In this document: piece by piece, positions 9,559 through 19,631 of the stretch
Numbering within the stretch: the stretch's first letter is position 1
Layout: each line of letters begins with the position of its first letter
Notes under the pieces: model-generated
What the model saw: only the letters and a program-made list of their open reading frames with translations
What the model was told of the DNA's origin: nothing
Database searches by the model: none
Made by a program: the position numbers and the translations under genes
DNA from: an uncultured Alphaproteobacteria bacterium
GTDB taxonomy: Bacteria > Pseudomonadota > Alphaproteobacteria > UBA2966
Assembly: GCA_958295725.1 (NCBI GenBank)
Contig: OY282368.1
Location: 1,282,124-1,346,123 of the forward strand
Reading direction: 5' to 3'
Length of the DNA: 64,000 bases

Positions 9559-10359
9559 TCAAACCAGACCGGCGGCGCGGACGTCGGCGAGATAACCGCG
9601 GCTGACCGGCACTTCCCGTCCGCCGGTGAGACGAAGCACCCGGCGGCCGTTGCGGCGCGTCGTTCCGACGACGTGACCGCGTGCGACCCAGTGGGAGCGA
9701 TGCACCCGCAGGCCGTCGGTGCCGTCGAGCTCGGCGATGGCGTCGGCGAAGCGCATCAGGACCAGCGTCGACCCGGCGGTCGTGAACGCCTCGACGTAGT
9801 GATCGGCCATCTTCAGGTGGACGAGGTCGCGACCGAGTTCCGGGGGCAGACGGTCGAGGAAGCGCGCCGTTCCACCGGCGGCGACGTCGCCGCTCGCCGC
9901 CGCGGCTTCCGCGTTCTCCGGGACCCGGCGCCGCCGCGCGAGAACGGCGACCACCGTGGAGCCGATCGCCAGCATCAGCACGGCCACCGACACATAGATG
10001 ATCGGCAACGAGCTCTCGTCGGAATAGTCCGGCCGGAACAGCGCCTCGGCGGTGAACACGACGCCGGTTCCGGGGATCGCGGCCAGGAGCGCCGCTCCGG
10101 CCACCGTCGGTATCCGGGTTCGCGGCGACCCGCCGCGCGCCAGGCGCAGCGCGGTGGTCATGACGCCCGCGCAGACGAGCCAGTTGGCGCCCATCGCCAC
10201 GGCCCAATAACCCAGGCGCCCGAGCGGTCCCATCGAGTCGTAGGTGCCGAACGGCCCGATGAAGGCGAACAGCGTCACGAGGCCCGCGAGCGCCACGGCC
10301 TGGCCCACGAGCGACCTGGTACCGAGCAATTCACGATGCGCGGATGGAGAATCTGGCAT
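9559..10359 (-). CDS. Membrane-associated LytTR-family transcriptional regulator
   Basis: N-terminal TM helices. C-terminal LytTR DNA-binding domain (LVHLKMADHYVEAFTTAGSTLVLMRFADAIAELD...RVHRSHWVA). Start trimmed to MPDSP to avoid a divergent overlap. Confidence 0.6.
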   Translation of the reverse strand: MPDSPSAHRELLGTRSLVGQAVALAGLVTLFAFIGPFGTYDSMGPLGRLGYWAVAMGANWLVCAGVMTTALRLARGGSPRTRIPTVAGAALLAAIPGTGVVFTAEALFRPDYSDESSLPIIYVSVAVLMLAIGSTVVAVLARRRRVPENAEAAAASGDVAAGGTARFLDRLPPELGRDLVHLKMADHYVEAFTTAGSTLVLMRFADAIAELDGTDGLRVHRSHWVARGHVVGTTRRNGRRVLRLTGGREVPVSRGYLADVRAAGLV

Positions 10360-10465
10360 TACACGAATGATTCCGCGCCGTTCGCGTATTTGGCAATGAC
10401 CTCGTCGGCGAATGCGTTCAACACTGGCGGGGTCATGTTCAACCACTGAAACGGGAGTACGCGAA

Positions 10466-10927
10466 ATGACCCGATCGAACAACACGTTGGTGGGCCTCGC
10501 CCTCGCATGTCTCGCCCTGTTTGCCGCCCAGACCGCCCTCGCGGGTGACCTCGAGGTCCGCCTCGATGGCCTGCGCTCGGCGGACGGAGATGCCCGTATC
10601 GCGCTTCATCGCCGTGTCGACGGCGTGAAGTTTCCCGATGGCGCCGGCGTGGTCGCCGCGATATCCCGGCGGGCCGTCGCCGGTTCGATGCGCGTCGTCT
10701 TCACCGACTTGCCGCCCGGCGACTACGCGGTGGCGGCGTTTCACGACGCCGACGGAGACGGCGAGCTGGCGACGAACCTCCTGGGGATGCCGACGGAGGG
10801 CTACGGTTTCTCCAACGGCGCTCGCGGTTTCATGGGACCGCCCCGTTTCGACGCCGCGACCGTGACGGTCGGACAGGAAGCGGGCCTGCTCTCCGTCGCC
10901 GTGCCCATGGGCTATCCCGAAAGCTGA
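10466..10927 (+). CDS. Secreted DUF2141-family protein
   Basis: Signal peptide. FHDADGDGELATNLLGMPTEGYGFSNGA matches the conserved DUF2141 core. Confidence 0.55.
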   Translation: MTRSNNTLVGLALACLALFAAQTALAGDLEVRLDGLRSADGDARIALHRRVDGVKFPDGAGVVAAISRRAVAGSMRVVFTDLPPGDYAVAAFHDADGDGELATNLLGMPTEGYGFSNGARGFMGPPRFDAATVTVGQEAGLLSVAVPMGYPES

Positions 10928-10946
10928 TGCTGAAGAGGAAGACGAT

Positions 10947-12458
10947 ATGATGAAGAAACTCCCGTCCCGCCGCGACGTGTTGCTGGCTACCGCCGGCCTG
11001 CCGGCGCTGTTCGCGGCGAGGGCGGCGGTCGGCGCCACCGACGCGCCGGCCGCCACGTCGGCGCGCCAGTCCCGGACGATCGGGTTCGCTTCCGTCGTGG
11101 CGGAGGAGCTCTCGTCTCCGCTGGAGACGTCGGGCGGCCGCCCGCCGGCGGGACTCACGGGTATCCTGTGGCGCAACGGCCCGGCCGAGCACGATCGTTT
11201 CGGCCACCGCTACGGTCACTGGTTCGACGGCGACGGCATGGTGCAGGCCTTCGCCTTCACCGGAGCCGGCGTCGCGCACCGCGGCCGCGTCCTGGATACC
11301 CCCAAACGACGCCGCGAGACCCGACACGGCAAGCGCGTCGTCCCCGCGTTCGCCACGCTCCCGCCGGGGCACACGCAGGTGCTCGCGCCCGACGACATGA
11401 ACGTGGCCAACACGTCCATCCTCGCTCACGCTGGGCGCCTCATGGCCTTGTGGGAGGGCGGTTCGGCGCTGGAGATCGATCCGGAAACGCTCGCCGCCGG
11501 ACGGTTCGTCGACTGGGCGCCGAGTGTCGCCGGTGTCCCGTTCTCCGCCCATCCGAAGATCGGACGGGACGGGACGCTGTGGAACATCGGTTGCGTGCCG
11601 GGACCGCGGCCGGTACTGGTGTTCTATCGCATCGATCGGGCCGGCCGCCTCGTCAAGGCCAACGTCGCGCCGGTCGCGCCGTTGGGCATGGCGCACGATT
11701 TCGTCATGACGGCGCGGCATCTCGTCGTGATGTTGGCGCCGTTCGTGCTCGAACCCGACTTGCTGGCCTCCGGCCGCGTGAGCTTTCTCGACGCCCACGA
11801 CTGGCGTCCGGCTCTGGGTACCAGGGTCTTGACGATCGACAGGGATACGCTGGAAGTGAAACGGCGCCACGAGCTGCCGCCGGGCTTCCATTTCCACCAC
11901 GGCAACGGCTGGGAGGAGGCGGACGGGACGATCCGGCTCGATCTGTGTCAAGCGCCCGGTCCCGGGTTCGTCACCAGGGACCTGCGGGCCGCGATGCGCG
12001 GGGAGGGGCGGTTCTCCTCCGCCCATCCGAGCTACCGGCAGGTCGTCCTCGAGCCGAACGGCGCCGCCAGGGTCGGGCCGGCGGTTCCGGGCGCGGCGGA
12101 ATTCCCTCGTATCGATTCCCGTCGCACCGGGATCCGGCACGATATGGTTTTCGCGCTCGCCGACGGCGGGGAGGGGGAGGGCTGGCCGTTTTCGCGCGTC
12201 GTCCGTCTCGAGCCCGGCAACGGCGAAGTCGACAGTTGGACGTTCCCCGGGCACCGGATTCCCGAGGAGCACGTGTTCGTGCCGCGCGGCGAGGCGGAAG
12301 GCGACGGCTGGCTCGTCGGCTCCTTTCTCGATGTCCGCCGTCGCGTTACGGGGCTCGGCGTTTTCGAGGCTATGCGCCTCTCCGACGGTCCGGTGTGGGA
12401 AGGCGTCCTGCCCTATCCGCTGCCGCTCGGACTGCACGGCACGTTCGTGAAGTCGTAG
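10947..12458 (+). CDS. Carotenoid cleavage oxygenase (RPE65 family), Tat-secreted
   Basis: Tat motif SRRDVL. Four conserved iron-ligand His contexts (HTQVL..., FSAHPK, MAHDF, HFHHGNGWEE). Confidence 0.75.
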   Translation: MMKKLPSRRDVLLATAGLPALFAARAAVGATDAPAATSARQSRTIGFASVVAEELSSPLETSGGRPPAGLTGILWRNGPAEHDRFGHRYGHWFDGDGMVQAFAFTGAGVAHRGRVLDTPKRRRETRHGKRVVPAFATLPPGHTQVLAPDDMNVANTSILAHAGRLMALWEGGSALEIDPETLAAGRFVDWAPSVAGVPFSAHPKIGRDGTLWNIGCVPGPRPVLVFYRIDRAGRLVKANVAPVAPLGMAHDFVMTARHLVVMLAPFVLEPDLLASGRVSFLDAHDWRPALGTRVLTIDRDTLEVKRRHELPPGFHFHHGNGWEEADGTIRLDLCQAPGPGFVTRDLRAAMRGEGRFSSAHPSYRQVVLEPNGAARVGPAVPGAAEFPRIDSRRTGIRHDMVFALADGGEGEGWPFSRVVRLEPGNGEVDSWTFPGHRIPEEHVFVPRGEAEGDGWLVGSFLDVRRRVTGLGVFEAMRLSDGPVWEGVLPYPLPLGLHGTFVKS

Positions 12459-12637
12459 CGTCCGCTTCTCCGGCTTGCGATCGCATGTGTCCATGCGAAC
12501 CCCCTCCCCTGAGCATAGGGGGAAGGAGACAACGGAGGGGGCAGCAAAGAGTTCGTTCTGTACGCCGGACCGGACATGAAATATCATCCGAATCGTATCG
12601 CCTCCCGGAGGCCGTTCGAACCTGAAGGAGACCCGAC

Positions 12638-13819
12638 ATGAGAAGAATCCTCGTATCTTCCGTGGCGCTCGCGATGATGGCGTCGTCCGCGTCCGCCGAT
12701 ATGAAGATCGGTGTTCTGCTGGGCTTTACCGGACCGATCGAGTCCCTGACCCCCGACATCGCGGCCGGAGCCGAGCTCGCCATGACGGAGGCATCGGAGT
12801 CCGGCAAGTTCCTCGGCGGCCAGAAGGTGGCGCCGGTGCGTGGCGATTCCACCTGCGTCGACGCGGCGGCCGCGACGGCGACGGCCGAGCGCCTGATCAC
12901 CTCGGACGGCGTCGCCGCTATCATGGGCGCGGATTGCTCGGGTGTGACCATCGCCGTCACCAACAACGTCGCGGTGCCGAACGGCGTGGTCATGATCTCC
13001 CCGTCGGCGACCTCGCCGGCGCTCAGCACCATCGAGGACAAGGGATATTTCTTCCGCACGGCGCCTTCCGACGCCCGGCAGGGCGAAGTGCTGGCGCAGG
13101 TCGCCAAGGCGCGCGGCATCGAGAGCATCGCCATCACCTATACCAACAACGACTACGGCAAGGGATTGGCGGAGTCGTTCTCCGACGCGTTCGAGGCCGT
13201 CGGCGGCCGGGTCGAGCTTTCGGCGTCGCACGAGGATGGTAAGGCGGACTATTCCGCGGAAGTCGGTGCGCTGTCCGCCTCGGGCGCCGGGCACTTGGCC
13301 GTCTTCGGCTATATCGACAAGGGCGGCAAGGGCATCATCCAGGCCTCCATCGACACCGGCGCGTTCGACAAGTTCCTCCTGGCGGACGGCATGATCGGGG
13401 ACTCGCTGGTCAAAGCCATCGGCGAGCCGCTGAACGGCGCCGTCGCCACTGCGCCAGGTTCGGATTCTCCTAACGCCACGAAGTTCATCGATGTTGCCAA
13501 GGCCGCGGGAATCAAGGGCGACGCGCCGTTCGTGGGCCAGGCCTACGACGCGGCAGCCCTGATCATCCTGGCGGCGCAGGCGGCGGGCTCGATGGATCGC
13601 GCCGCGATCCAGTCGAAGATCATGACCGTCGCCAACGCGCCGGGCGAGGCGATCGGACCCGGCGAGGTGGGCAAGGCGCTCGAGCTTCTCGCCGCCGGAA
13701 AGGCCGTGAACTTCCAGGGCGCGACGGATGTCGAGTTGAACGAGGTGGGCGAGGCCTCCGGATCCTATAAGGAGTACGAGGTGAGGGACGGCAAGTTCAC
13801 GGGCGTCAACGTGCATTGA
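12638..13819 (+). CDS. ABC transporter substrate-binding protein (branched-chain amino acid/amide type, LivK-like)
   Basis: Signal peptide. Periplasmic binding protein type-6 architecture. First gene of a Liv-type operon. Confidence 0.8.
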   Translation: MRRILVSSVALAMMASSASADMKIGVLLGFTGPIESLTPDIAAGAELAMTEASESGKFLGGQKVAPVRGDSTCVDAAAATATAERLITSDGVAAIMGADCSGVTIAVTNNVAVPNGVVMISPSATSPALSTIEDKGYFFRTAPSDARQGEVLAQVAKARGIESIAITYTNNDYGKGLAESFSDAFEAVGGRVELSASHEDGKADYSAEVGALSASGAGHLAVFGYIDKGGKGIIQASIDTGAFDKFLLADGMIGDSLVKAIGEPLNGAVATAPGSDSPNATKFIDVAKAAGIKGDAPFVGQAYDAAALIILAAQAAGSMDRAAIQSKIMTVANAPGEAIGPGEVGKALELLAAGKAVNFQGATDVELNEVGEASGSYKEYEVRDGKFTGVNVH

Positions 13820-13876
13820 CCCCGTAGCGGAGCTCCCCGGCGCGCTTTCCCCGCGCCCTCGGACGACGGGCGTACC

Positions 13877-14659
13877 GTGATCCGTGTCGTCGACGTGTGC
13901 AAGCATTTCGGCGGCGTCCGCGCCGTCGATGGCGCCACCCTGAAAATCGAGGAAGGCGCCATCACCGGGCTGATCGGCCCGAACGGCGCGGGCAAGACCA
14001 CCTTGTTCAACGTCATCGCCGGGGTCTATCCGCCGACCTCGGGGCGCGTCTACCTCGGAGACGAGGACATCACCGGGCTCCGGCCCCACGAGCTCTTCCG
14101 CAAGGGCGTGGCGCGGACGTTCCAGGTCGCACACGAGTTCTCCACATTGACGGTGTTGGAGAACCTGATGGTGGCCGCCGTGGACCAGATCGGCGAAGAC
14201 CTTCTCGGCGCCTGGATGCGACCGGGTCGGGTTCGCTCCCAGGAAGCGGTGCTCCGCCGCAAGGCCGAGGAGGTTGTCGAGTTCCTGAACCTGGAGGCGG
14301 TCGCGGGGGAACCGGCCGGCAACCTGTCGGGCGGCCAGAAGAAACTGGTCGAAATCGGGCGCGTGATGATGACGGATGCCCGGGTGATTCTGCTCGACGA
14401 GATAGCGGCCGGCGTGAATCGCGCCCTGCTGAGAGACATTTCCGGGACCATCTTGCGCCTCAACCTGCAACGCGGCCTCACGTTCTGCATGATCGAGCAC
14501 GACATGGATCTCATCTCCCTGCTCTGCGACCCGGTCATTGTCATGGCCGAGGGGGCGGTGCTCACCCAGGGCCCGGCCCCGGACGTCCGGGCCGACGAAC
14601 GGGTTATCGAGTCCTATCTGGGCAGGGGGCGCGGAAACCCGCCGGCCGGTTCCGCGTGA
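13877..14659 (+). CDS. livG: ABC transporter ATP-binding protein (LivG-like)
   Basis: Walker [10 protein letters not shown], signature LSGGQKK, Walker B ILLDE. GTG start. Confidence 0.85.
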   Translation: MIRVVDVCKHFGGVRAVDGATLKIEEGAITGLIGPNGAGKTTLFNVIAGVYPPTSGRVYLGDEDITGLRPHELFRKGVARTFQVAHEFSTLTVLENLMVAAVDQIGEDLLGAWMRPGRVRSQEAVLRRKAEEVVEFLNLEAVAGEPAGNLSGGQKKLVEIGRVMMTDARVILLDEIAAGVNRALLRDISGTILRLNLQRGLTFCMIEHDMDLISLLCDPVIVMAEGAVLTQGPAPDVRADERVIESYLGRGRGNPPAGSA

Positions 14660-15360
14660 GCTATCTGGCTGGCGAGGACATGCGCGGCGGCTATGGCGCC
14701 GCCGACATATTGCGTGGATGCGCCATCGCCGTGGACAGGGGCGAGATCGCGGTCATCGTGGGTCCCAATGGGGCCGGAAAATCGACGGCGATGAGGGCGT
14801 TGTTCGGCATGTTGCGGCTACGGCGGGGCAGGGTGCTCTTGGACGGGCGCGACATCGGGAGGCTGACGCCGCGGGAGCGGGTGAGGGCGGGGATGGCCTT
14901 CGTCCCGCAGACCGACAACGTGTTCACGACCATGACGGTCCAGGAGAACCTCGAGATGGGCGCCTTTCTGCGTCGCGACGACATCTCCGAAAGCATGGAG
15001 GAGATCTTCGGGCTGTTCCCGGTGCTGAGGGAAAAGCGTCGCCAGCAGGCCGGCACGCTGTCCGGCGGACAGCGCCAGCAGGCCGCCATCGGACGGGCCC
15101 TGATGACGCGGCCGAGCGTGTTGATGCTCGACGAGCCGACCGCCGGCGTGTCGCCGATCGTCATGGACGAGTTGTTCGACCGGTTGCTCGAAATCCGGCG
15201 GATGGGGATCGCCATCCTGATGGTCGAGCAGAACGCCCGCCGGGCGCTCGCCATCGCCGACCGCGGCTTCGTCCTGGTGAACGGCGGAAACCGGTTCACC
15301 GACACCGGACACGCGCTGCTCGCCAATCCCGAGGTGGGGCGCGCGTTCCTCGGCGGATGA
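14656..15360 (+). CDS. livF: ABC transporter ATP-binding protein (LivF-like)
   Basis: GTGA overlap with livG. Walker A GPNGAGKST, signature LSGGQRQ. An N-terminal length of 12 residues before the YG motif supports the GTG start. Confidence 0.8.
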   Translation: MSYLAGEDMRGGYGAADILRGCAIAVDRGEIAVIVGPNGAGKSTAMRALFGMLRLRRGRVLLDGRDIGRLTPRERVRAGMAFVPQTDNVFTTMTVQENLEMGAFLRRDDISESMEEIFGLFPVLREKRRQQAGTLSGGQRQQAAIGRALMTRPSVLMLDEPTAGVSPIVMDELFDRLLEIRRMGIAILMVEQNARRALAIADRGFVLVNGGNRFTDTGHALLANPEVGRAFLGG

Positions 15361-15380
15361 CCGGAGGGGATGACGGGGCG

Positions 15381-16397
15381 ATGATCGTCGATGTCGCCAA
15401 TGCCTTGGTTCTGCTGTGCAATTTCGTCGTCGTTCCGGCTATTGCCTACGGTTCGCAACTCGCCCTGGGCGCGCTCGGCATAACGCTGGTGTTCGGCGTC
15501 CTGCGTTTCGCCAACTTCTCCCACGGCGATCTCATGGCCCTGGGCACGATGGTCACGATCCTGGCGACCTGGCAGTTGCGGCGCTGGGGCGTCGGCGCCG
15601 GTCCGTTGCCCACCGCGCTGCTGGCCCTGCCGTTCGGCGCGCTGGTCGCGGTCGTCGCGAGCCTCGCCGTCGACCGGTCGGTGTTCCGCTTCTACCGCGT
15701 CAGGCGGAGCGGGCCGGTGGTGCTGACCGTCGTGTCGGTCGGCGTGATGTTCGTGATGAACGGCGTGGTCCGCTTCGTCATCGGTCCGGACGACCGCTCC
15801 TTCGCCGACGGCGCCCGTTACCTGATGACGGCGGGCGAGTTCAAGCGCATGACCGGCCTTGACGAGGGGTTGGCGATTCGCTCCTCCCAGGTTCTGACCG
15901 TGTTTGTCGCCGTCGCGTCGGTGGCGACCCTGTTCTGGTTCCTGCAACGCACGCGCATGGGCAAGTCGATGCGGGCCTATGCGGACAACGAGGATCTGGC
16001 GCTGCTCTCGGGCGTCGACCCGGACCGGGTGGTGCTCGTGACCTGGACCATCACCGCCGTGCTCGCGACCGTCGCCGGCACGCTCTACGGCCTCGACAAG
16101 AGTTTCCAGCCGTTCACCTACCTGCAACTCCTGCTCCCCATGTTCGCCGCTGCCATCGTCGGTGGCATCGGCCAGCCGCTGGGGGCCATCGCCGGGGGGT
16201 TCCTCGTCGCCTTCTCCGAGGTCGCGATCACCTACGCCTACAAGAAGTTCCTGCGGTACCTGCTCCCCGAGCACCTGCATCCCGACGGCCTGGTGCAGCT
16301 TCTGTCGACCGACTACAAGTTTTCGGTCTCGTTCGCCATCCTGGTGGCGGTCCTGCTGTGGCGTCCCACCGGCCTGTTCCGGGGACGGGTGCTGTGA
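15381..16397 (+). CDS. livH: Branched-chain amino acid ABC transporter permease (LivH-like)
   Basis: RBS GGAGGGGA. Multi-TM permease. Confidence 0.8.
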   Translation: MIVDVANALVLLCNFVVVPAIAYGSQLALGALGITLVFGVLRFANFSHGDLMALGTMVTILATWQLRRWGVGAGPLPTALLALPFGALVAVVASLAVDRSVFRFYRVRRSGPVVLTVVSVGVMFVMNGVVRFVIGPDDRSFADGARYLMTAGEFKRMTGLDEGLAIRSSQVLTVFVAVASVATLFWFLQRTRMGKSMRAYADNEDLALLSGVDPDRVVLVTWTITAVLATVAGTLYGLDKSFQPFTYLQLLLPMFAAAIVGGIGQPLGAIAGGFLVAFSEVAITYAYKKFLRYLLPEHLHPDGLVQLLSTDYKFSVSFAILVAVLLWRPTGLFRGRVL

Positions 16398-17758
16398 GCG
16401 AGCGGGCGCGCGCCGTCGGCGGCTTCGCGATCGTCGCCGTGCTGCTGGTCGCCGTCGGCTTCGGCCGATCCTGGTCGGTCAGTCTGGCGGTGTTCAATCT
16501 CTGCCTGATCTCGGCGGTGATGTCGCTCGGCGTGAACATCCAGTGGGGTTACGCCGGCCTGTTCAATGCCGGCGTCATGGCCTTCGCCGCCCTCGGCGGG
16601 CTGGCGGGCGTGCTGGTCTCCCGCCCGCCGGTGTGGGCGGCCGTGGCGGCGGGCGGCGGCGGTCTGCTGTGGGCGGCCGTGGCGGCGTGCCTGACGCTCG
16701 CCCTCGTCCGGGTCGCGTTCCGGCGCTTGCCTCCGGGTCGATGGCGGTTGCTGGGCGTGACGGCAGCGGTCGTCGCCGGCTTTTTCGCGACGCGCGCCTT
16801 TTTCGACCCCGCCGTCGAGGCGATCGAGGCGGTCGATCCCTCCACGAGCGGCTATCTCGGGGGTCTCGGTCTGCCCATCGTCCTGTCGTGGGCGGTCGGC
16901 GGCGTGTTCGCGGCCGCCGTCGCCTGGGTGGTCGGTCGAGTCGCGTTGGGGCTCCGCTCGGATTACCTCGCCATCGCCACGCTCGGCATCTCCGAGATCG
17001 TGATCGCGGTTCTCAAGAACGAGGATTGGCTCGCGCGCGGCGTGAAGAACGTGACCGGTCTCGACCGCCCGGTCCCCTACGAGCTCGACCTCCAGCAGGC
17101 TGTCTGGTTCCGGGATCTCGTGGCGGCGCTCAACGCCGGCAGGCTCTCCGCCCTGGACGCGGCCGAGCGCGCCGCGGCGCTGCATGGCCTCGCGATCGAA
17201 GCGGCGGGCATCTTCGTCAAGCTCTGCTACGCGGGGTTGTTCGCCGCCGTCCTTCTGGTCGTCCTGTTGCTCAGCGAGCGGGCGCTCCGTTCGCCGTGGG
17301 GGCGGATGATGCGGGCGATCCGGGACAACGAGGCGGCGGCGGAAGCCCTCGGCAAGGACGTCGTTCGCCGTCACCGACAGGTCTTCGTCCTCGGTTCCGC
17401 GGTCGTCGGCATCGCCGGCGCGATGCTTGTCACGCTCGACGGACAGTTCACGCCTTCCGCTTACAACCCGTTGCGGTTCACGTTCCTGATCTGGGTGATG
17501 GTGATCGTCGGCGGCTCCGGCAACAACCTGGGCGCGGTGCTTGGCGGCTTCGTCATCTGGTTCGTCTGGATCGAGGCCGAACCGGCCGGCCTGTGGCTGG
17601 TGGGCGCGCTGACGTCGGCCATGGCGCCCGACGATCCGGTTCGCGCGTATCTGGTCGCGTCGGCGGCGCACATGCGTCCGATCCTGATGGGAACGATCCT
17701 GCTTCTGGTGATGCGCTTCAGCCCGCGCGGCATGGTGCCCGAGACAGTCCGGCGCTGA
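16394..17758 (+). CDS. livM: Branched-chain amino acid ABC transporter permease (LivM-like)
   Basis: GTGA overlap with livH. Multi-TM permease. An alternative start at 16358 exists. Confidence 0.8.
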   Translation: MSERARAVGGFAIVAVLLVAVGFGRSWSVSLAVFNLCLISAVMSLGVNIQWGYAGLFNAGVMAFAALGGLAGVLVSRPPVWAAVAAGGGGLLWAAVAACLTLALVRVAFRRLPPGRWRLLGVTAAVVAGFFATRAFFDPAVEAIEAVDPSTSGYLGGLGLPIVLSWAVGGVFAAAVAWVVGRVALGLRSDYLAIATLGISEIVIAVLKNEDWLARGVKNVTGLDRPVPYELDLQQAVWFRDLVAALNAGRLSALDAAERAAALHGLAIEAAGIFVKLCYAGLFAAVLLVVLLLSERALRSPWGRMMRAIRDNEAAAEALGKDVVRRHRQVFVLGSAVVGIAGAMLVTLDGQFTPSAYNPLRFTFLIWVMVIVGGSGNNLGAVLGGFVIWFVWIEAEPAGLWLVGALTSAMAPDDPVRAYLVASAAHMRPILMGTILLLVMRFSPRGMVPETVRR

Positions 17759-17771
17759 AGACTGCCGACGA

Positions 17772-19577
17772 TCACCGCCCGGCGGCGAGCCCTTCCCGGC
17801 GCGGGTCGACGGCCCCGGACAGGGCGACTTCGCCGTCCTTGCGGTCGAGTTGAACGGCGTGCAGCCCGCTGTTCATGTCGCGGACCTTCACCGTATGGCC
17901 CCGGGCCTCCAGTGCGCCCTGGAGCGCGGCCAGCGCGGTGCCCCGTTCGAGCTCGGTCGCGCCGCCCCGGTTGCACCGGTGCGGCAACTCGACCGCGGCT
18001 TGGGCGCCGAGCCCCCAGTCGATCACCGCGACCAGCGTCCCCGCAACGTAGCAGATGATGCGCGAGCCCCCCGGTGAGCCGACGACCAGGTGCAATCGTC
18101 CGTCCGCGTCGAACACCATGGTCGGCGCCATCGAGCTGCGCGGGCGCTTGCCGGGCTGCACGCGGTTGGCGACATCGCGCCCGTCGCGTTCGGGCGCGAA
18201 GGAGAAGTCGGTGAGCTGGTTGTTCAGCAGAAATCCGCGCACCATGAGTGCCGAACCGAACGCGAACTCGATGCTGGAAGTGAGCGCGACCGCGTTGCCG
18301 TGGCGGTCGACGATGCTGAGGTGCGACGTGCCCGGGGCTTCTTCCGGCGACTCGGCCTTCCGCCTCGTGCCTGCGATTCCGGGCGGTGTGCCGGGTGGCG
18401 CGTCGGTGGCGGCGGTATCGGCGTCGATCAGCGCCGCGCGCGCCCGCAGATAGGATCGGTCGAGCAGGCCGCCCGTCGGCACCGCGACGAAGTCCGGATC
18501 GGCGATGTACATGTCCCGGTCGGCGTAGGCGAGGCGGCTCGCCTCGGCGAACAGATGCACGGCGTCGACCGAGTTCGGCGCCAACGCCCCAATGTCGAAA
18601 CGTTCGAGCAATCCGAGGATCTGCAGAACGGTCAGCCCGCCCGAGCTCGGCGGACCCATGCCGCAGACCCGGTATCCGCGATAGGCGAGGCAGACCGGCG
18701 GCCGCAGCTTGGCGGCGTAGTCCGCCATGTCGCTGGCGCTCAGCTCGCCGGGATTGACCGCCGAGGCGGCGACGACGCGCGCGATGTCGTCCGCGACCGC
18801 GCCGCGATAGAAGGCGTCGGCGCCGCCGGCGGCGATACCCCGGAGCGTGTCGGCGAAGGTCGGGTTGCGCAATATCGCGCCGACCGGCTTCGGCTTCCCG
18901 TCGCCGTCGAGAAAATAGGCCGTCGTTTCGGGGAAGCGGGCGACCGTCGCAACGCGCGTCAGCAGCTTGTTGAGCCGCGGGCTGATCGCGAATCCCGCCT
19001 CGGCGAGCGCGATCGCGGGCTCGAACAGATCGGGCCACGGCAGCGCGCCGTGCGCGCGGTGTGCCGCCTCCAGCATACGCAACAGTCCGGGCGCGCCGAC
19101 CGACCGGCCGCCCACCAGAGCTTCGATATAGCCCGGCAGGCCGCCGTCCGGCTTGACGAACAGCTCGGGCGTCGCCGCCGCGGGCGCGGTCTCCCGCCCG
19201 TCATAGGTGATGAGCGCGCCGGTCGCTCCATCGTAGTGGAGCAGGAACGCGCCGCCGCCGATGCCGGACGATTGCGGCTCGACGAGGTTGAGCACGAGTT
19301 GCGCGGCGATCGCGGCGTCGATCGCGCCGCCGCCGGCCGCCAGGATCCGGCCCCCCGCGCGCGCGGCGTGCGGATTGGCCGCGACGACCATCTCGGATCC
19401 CGCCACGATGCCGGCGCGCGCGCTCGTCCCGGCGCCGGTTTCGGGCTGGATATCCCGTTCGCCCGCGTGGCTGCCGCCGGTCCAGAGCAGACAGGCGCAC
19501 AGCGCGGCCGCCGTGCGGCCTCGAGGCTTGGTTCCGGCGTTCGTCGTCTCGGTCATCGGCGGTATTCCTTCCGTCAT
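17772..19577 (-). CDS. ggt: Gamma-glutamyltransferase
   Basis: Signal peptide. GGT signature TSHLSIVDRHGNAVALTSSIEFAFG and the C-terminal GGSRII motif. Confidence 0.9.
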   Translation of the reverse strand: MTEGIPPMTETTNAGTKPRGRTAAALCACLLWTGGSHAGERDIQPETGAGTSARAGIVAGSEMVVAANPHAARAGGRILAAGGGAIDAAIAAQLVLNLVEPQSSGIGGGAFLLHYDGATGALITYDGRETAPAAATPELFVKPDGGLPGYIEALVGGRSVGAPGLLRMLEAAHRAHGALPWPDLFEPAIALAEAGFAISPRLNKLLTRVATVARFPETTAYFLDGDGKPKPVGAILRNPTFADTLRGIAAGGADAFYRGAVADDIARVVAASAVNPGELSASDMADYAAKLRPPVCLAYRGYRVCGMGPPSSGGLTVLQILGLLERFDIGALAPNSVDAVHLFAEASRLAYADRDMYIADPDFVAVPTGGLLDRSYLRARAALIDADTAATDAPPGTPPGIAGTRRKAESPEEAPGTSHLSIVDRHGNAVALTSSIEFAFGSALMVRGFLLNNQLTDFSFAPERDGRDVANRVQPGKRPRSSMAPTMVFDADGRLHLVVGSPGGSRIICYVAGTLVAVIDWGLGAQAAVELPHRCNRGGATELERGTALAALQGALEARGHTVKVRDMNSGLHAVQLDRKDGEVALSGAVDPRREGLAAGR

Positions 19578-19631
19578 ATTGCGCCGCGTTCCATGGACGC
19601 TTTATGAAATATAACGCCGAATCGAGGTGTC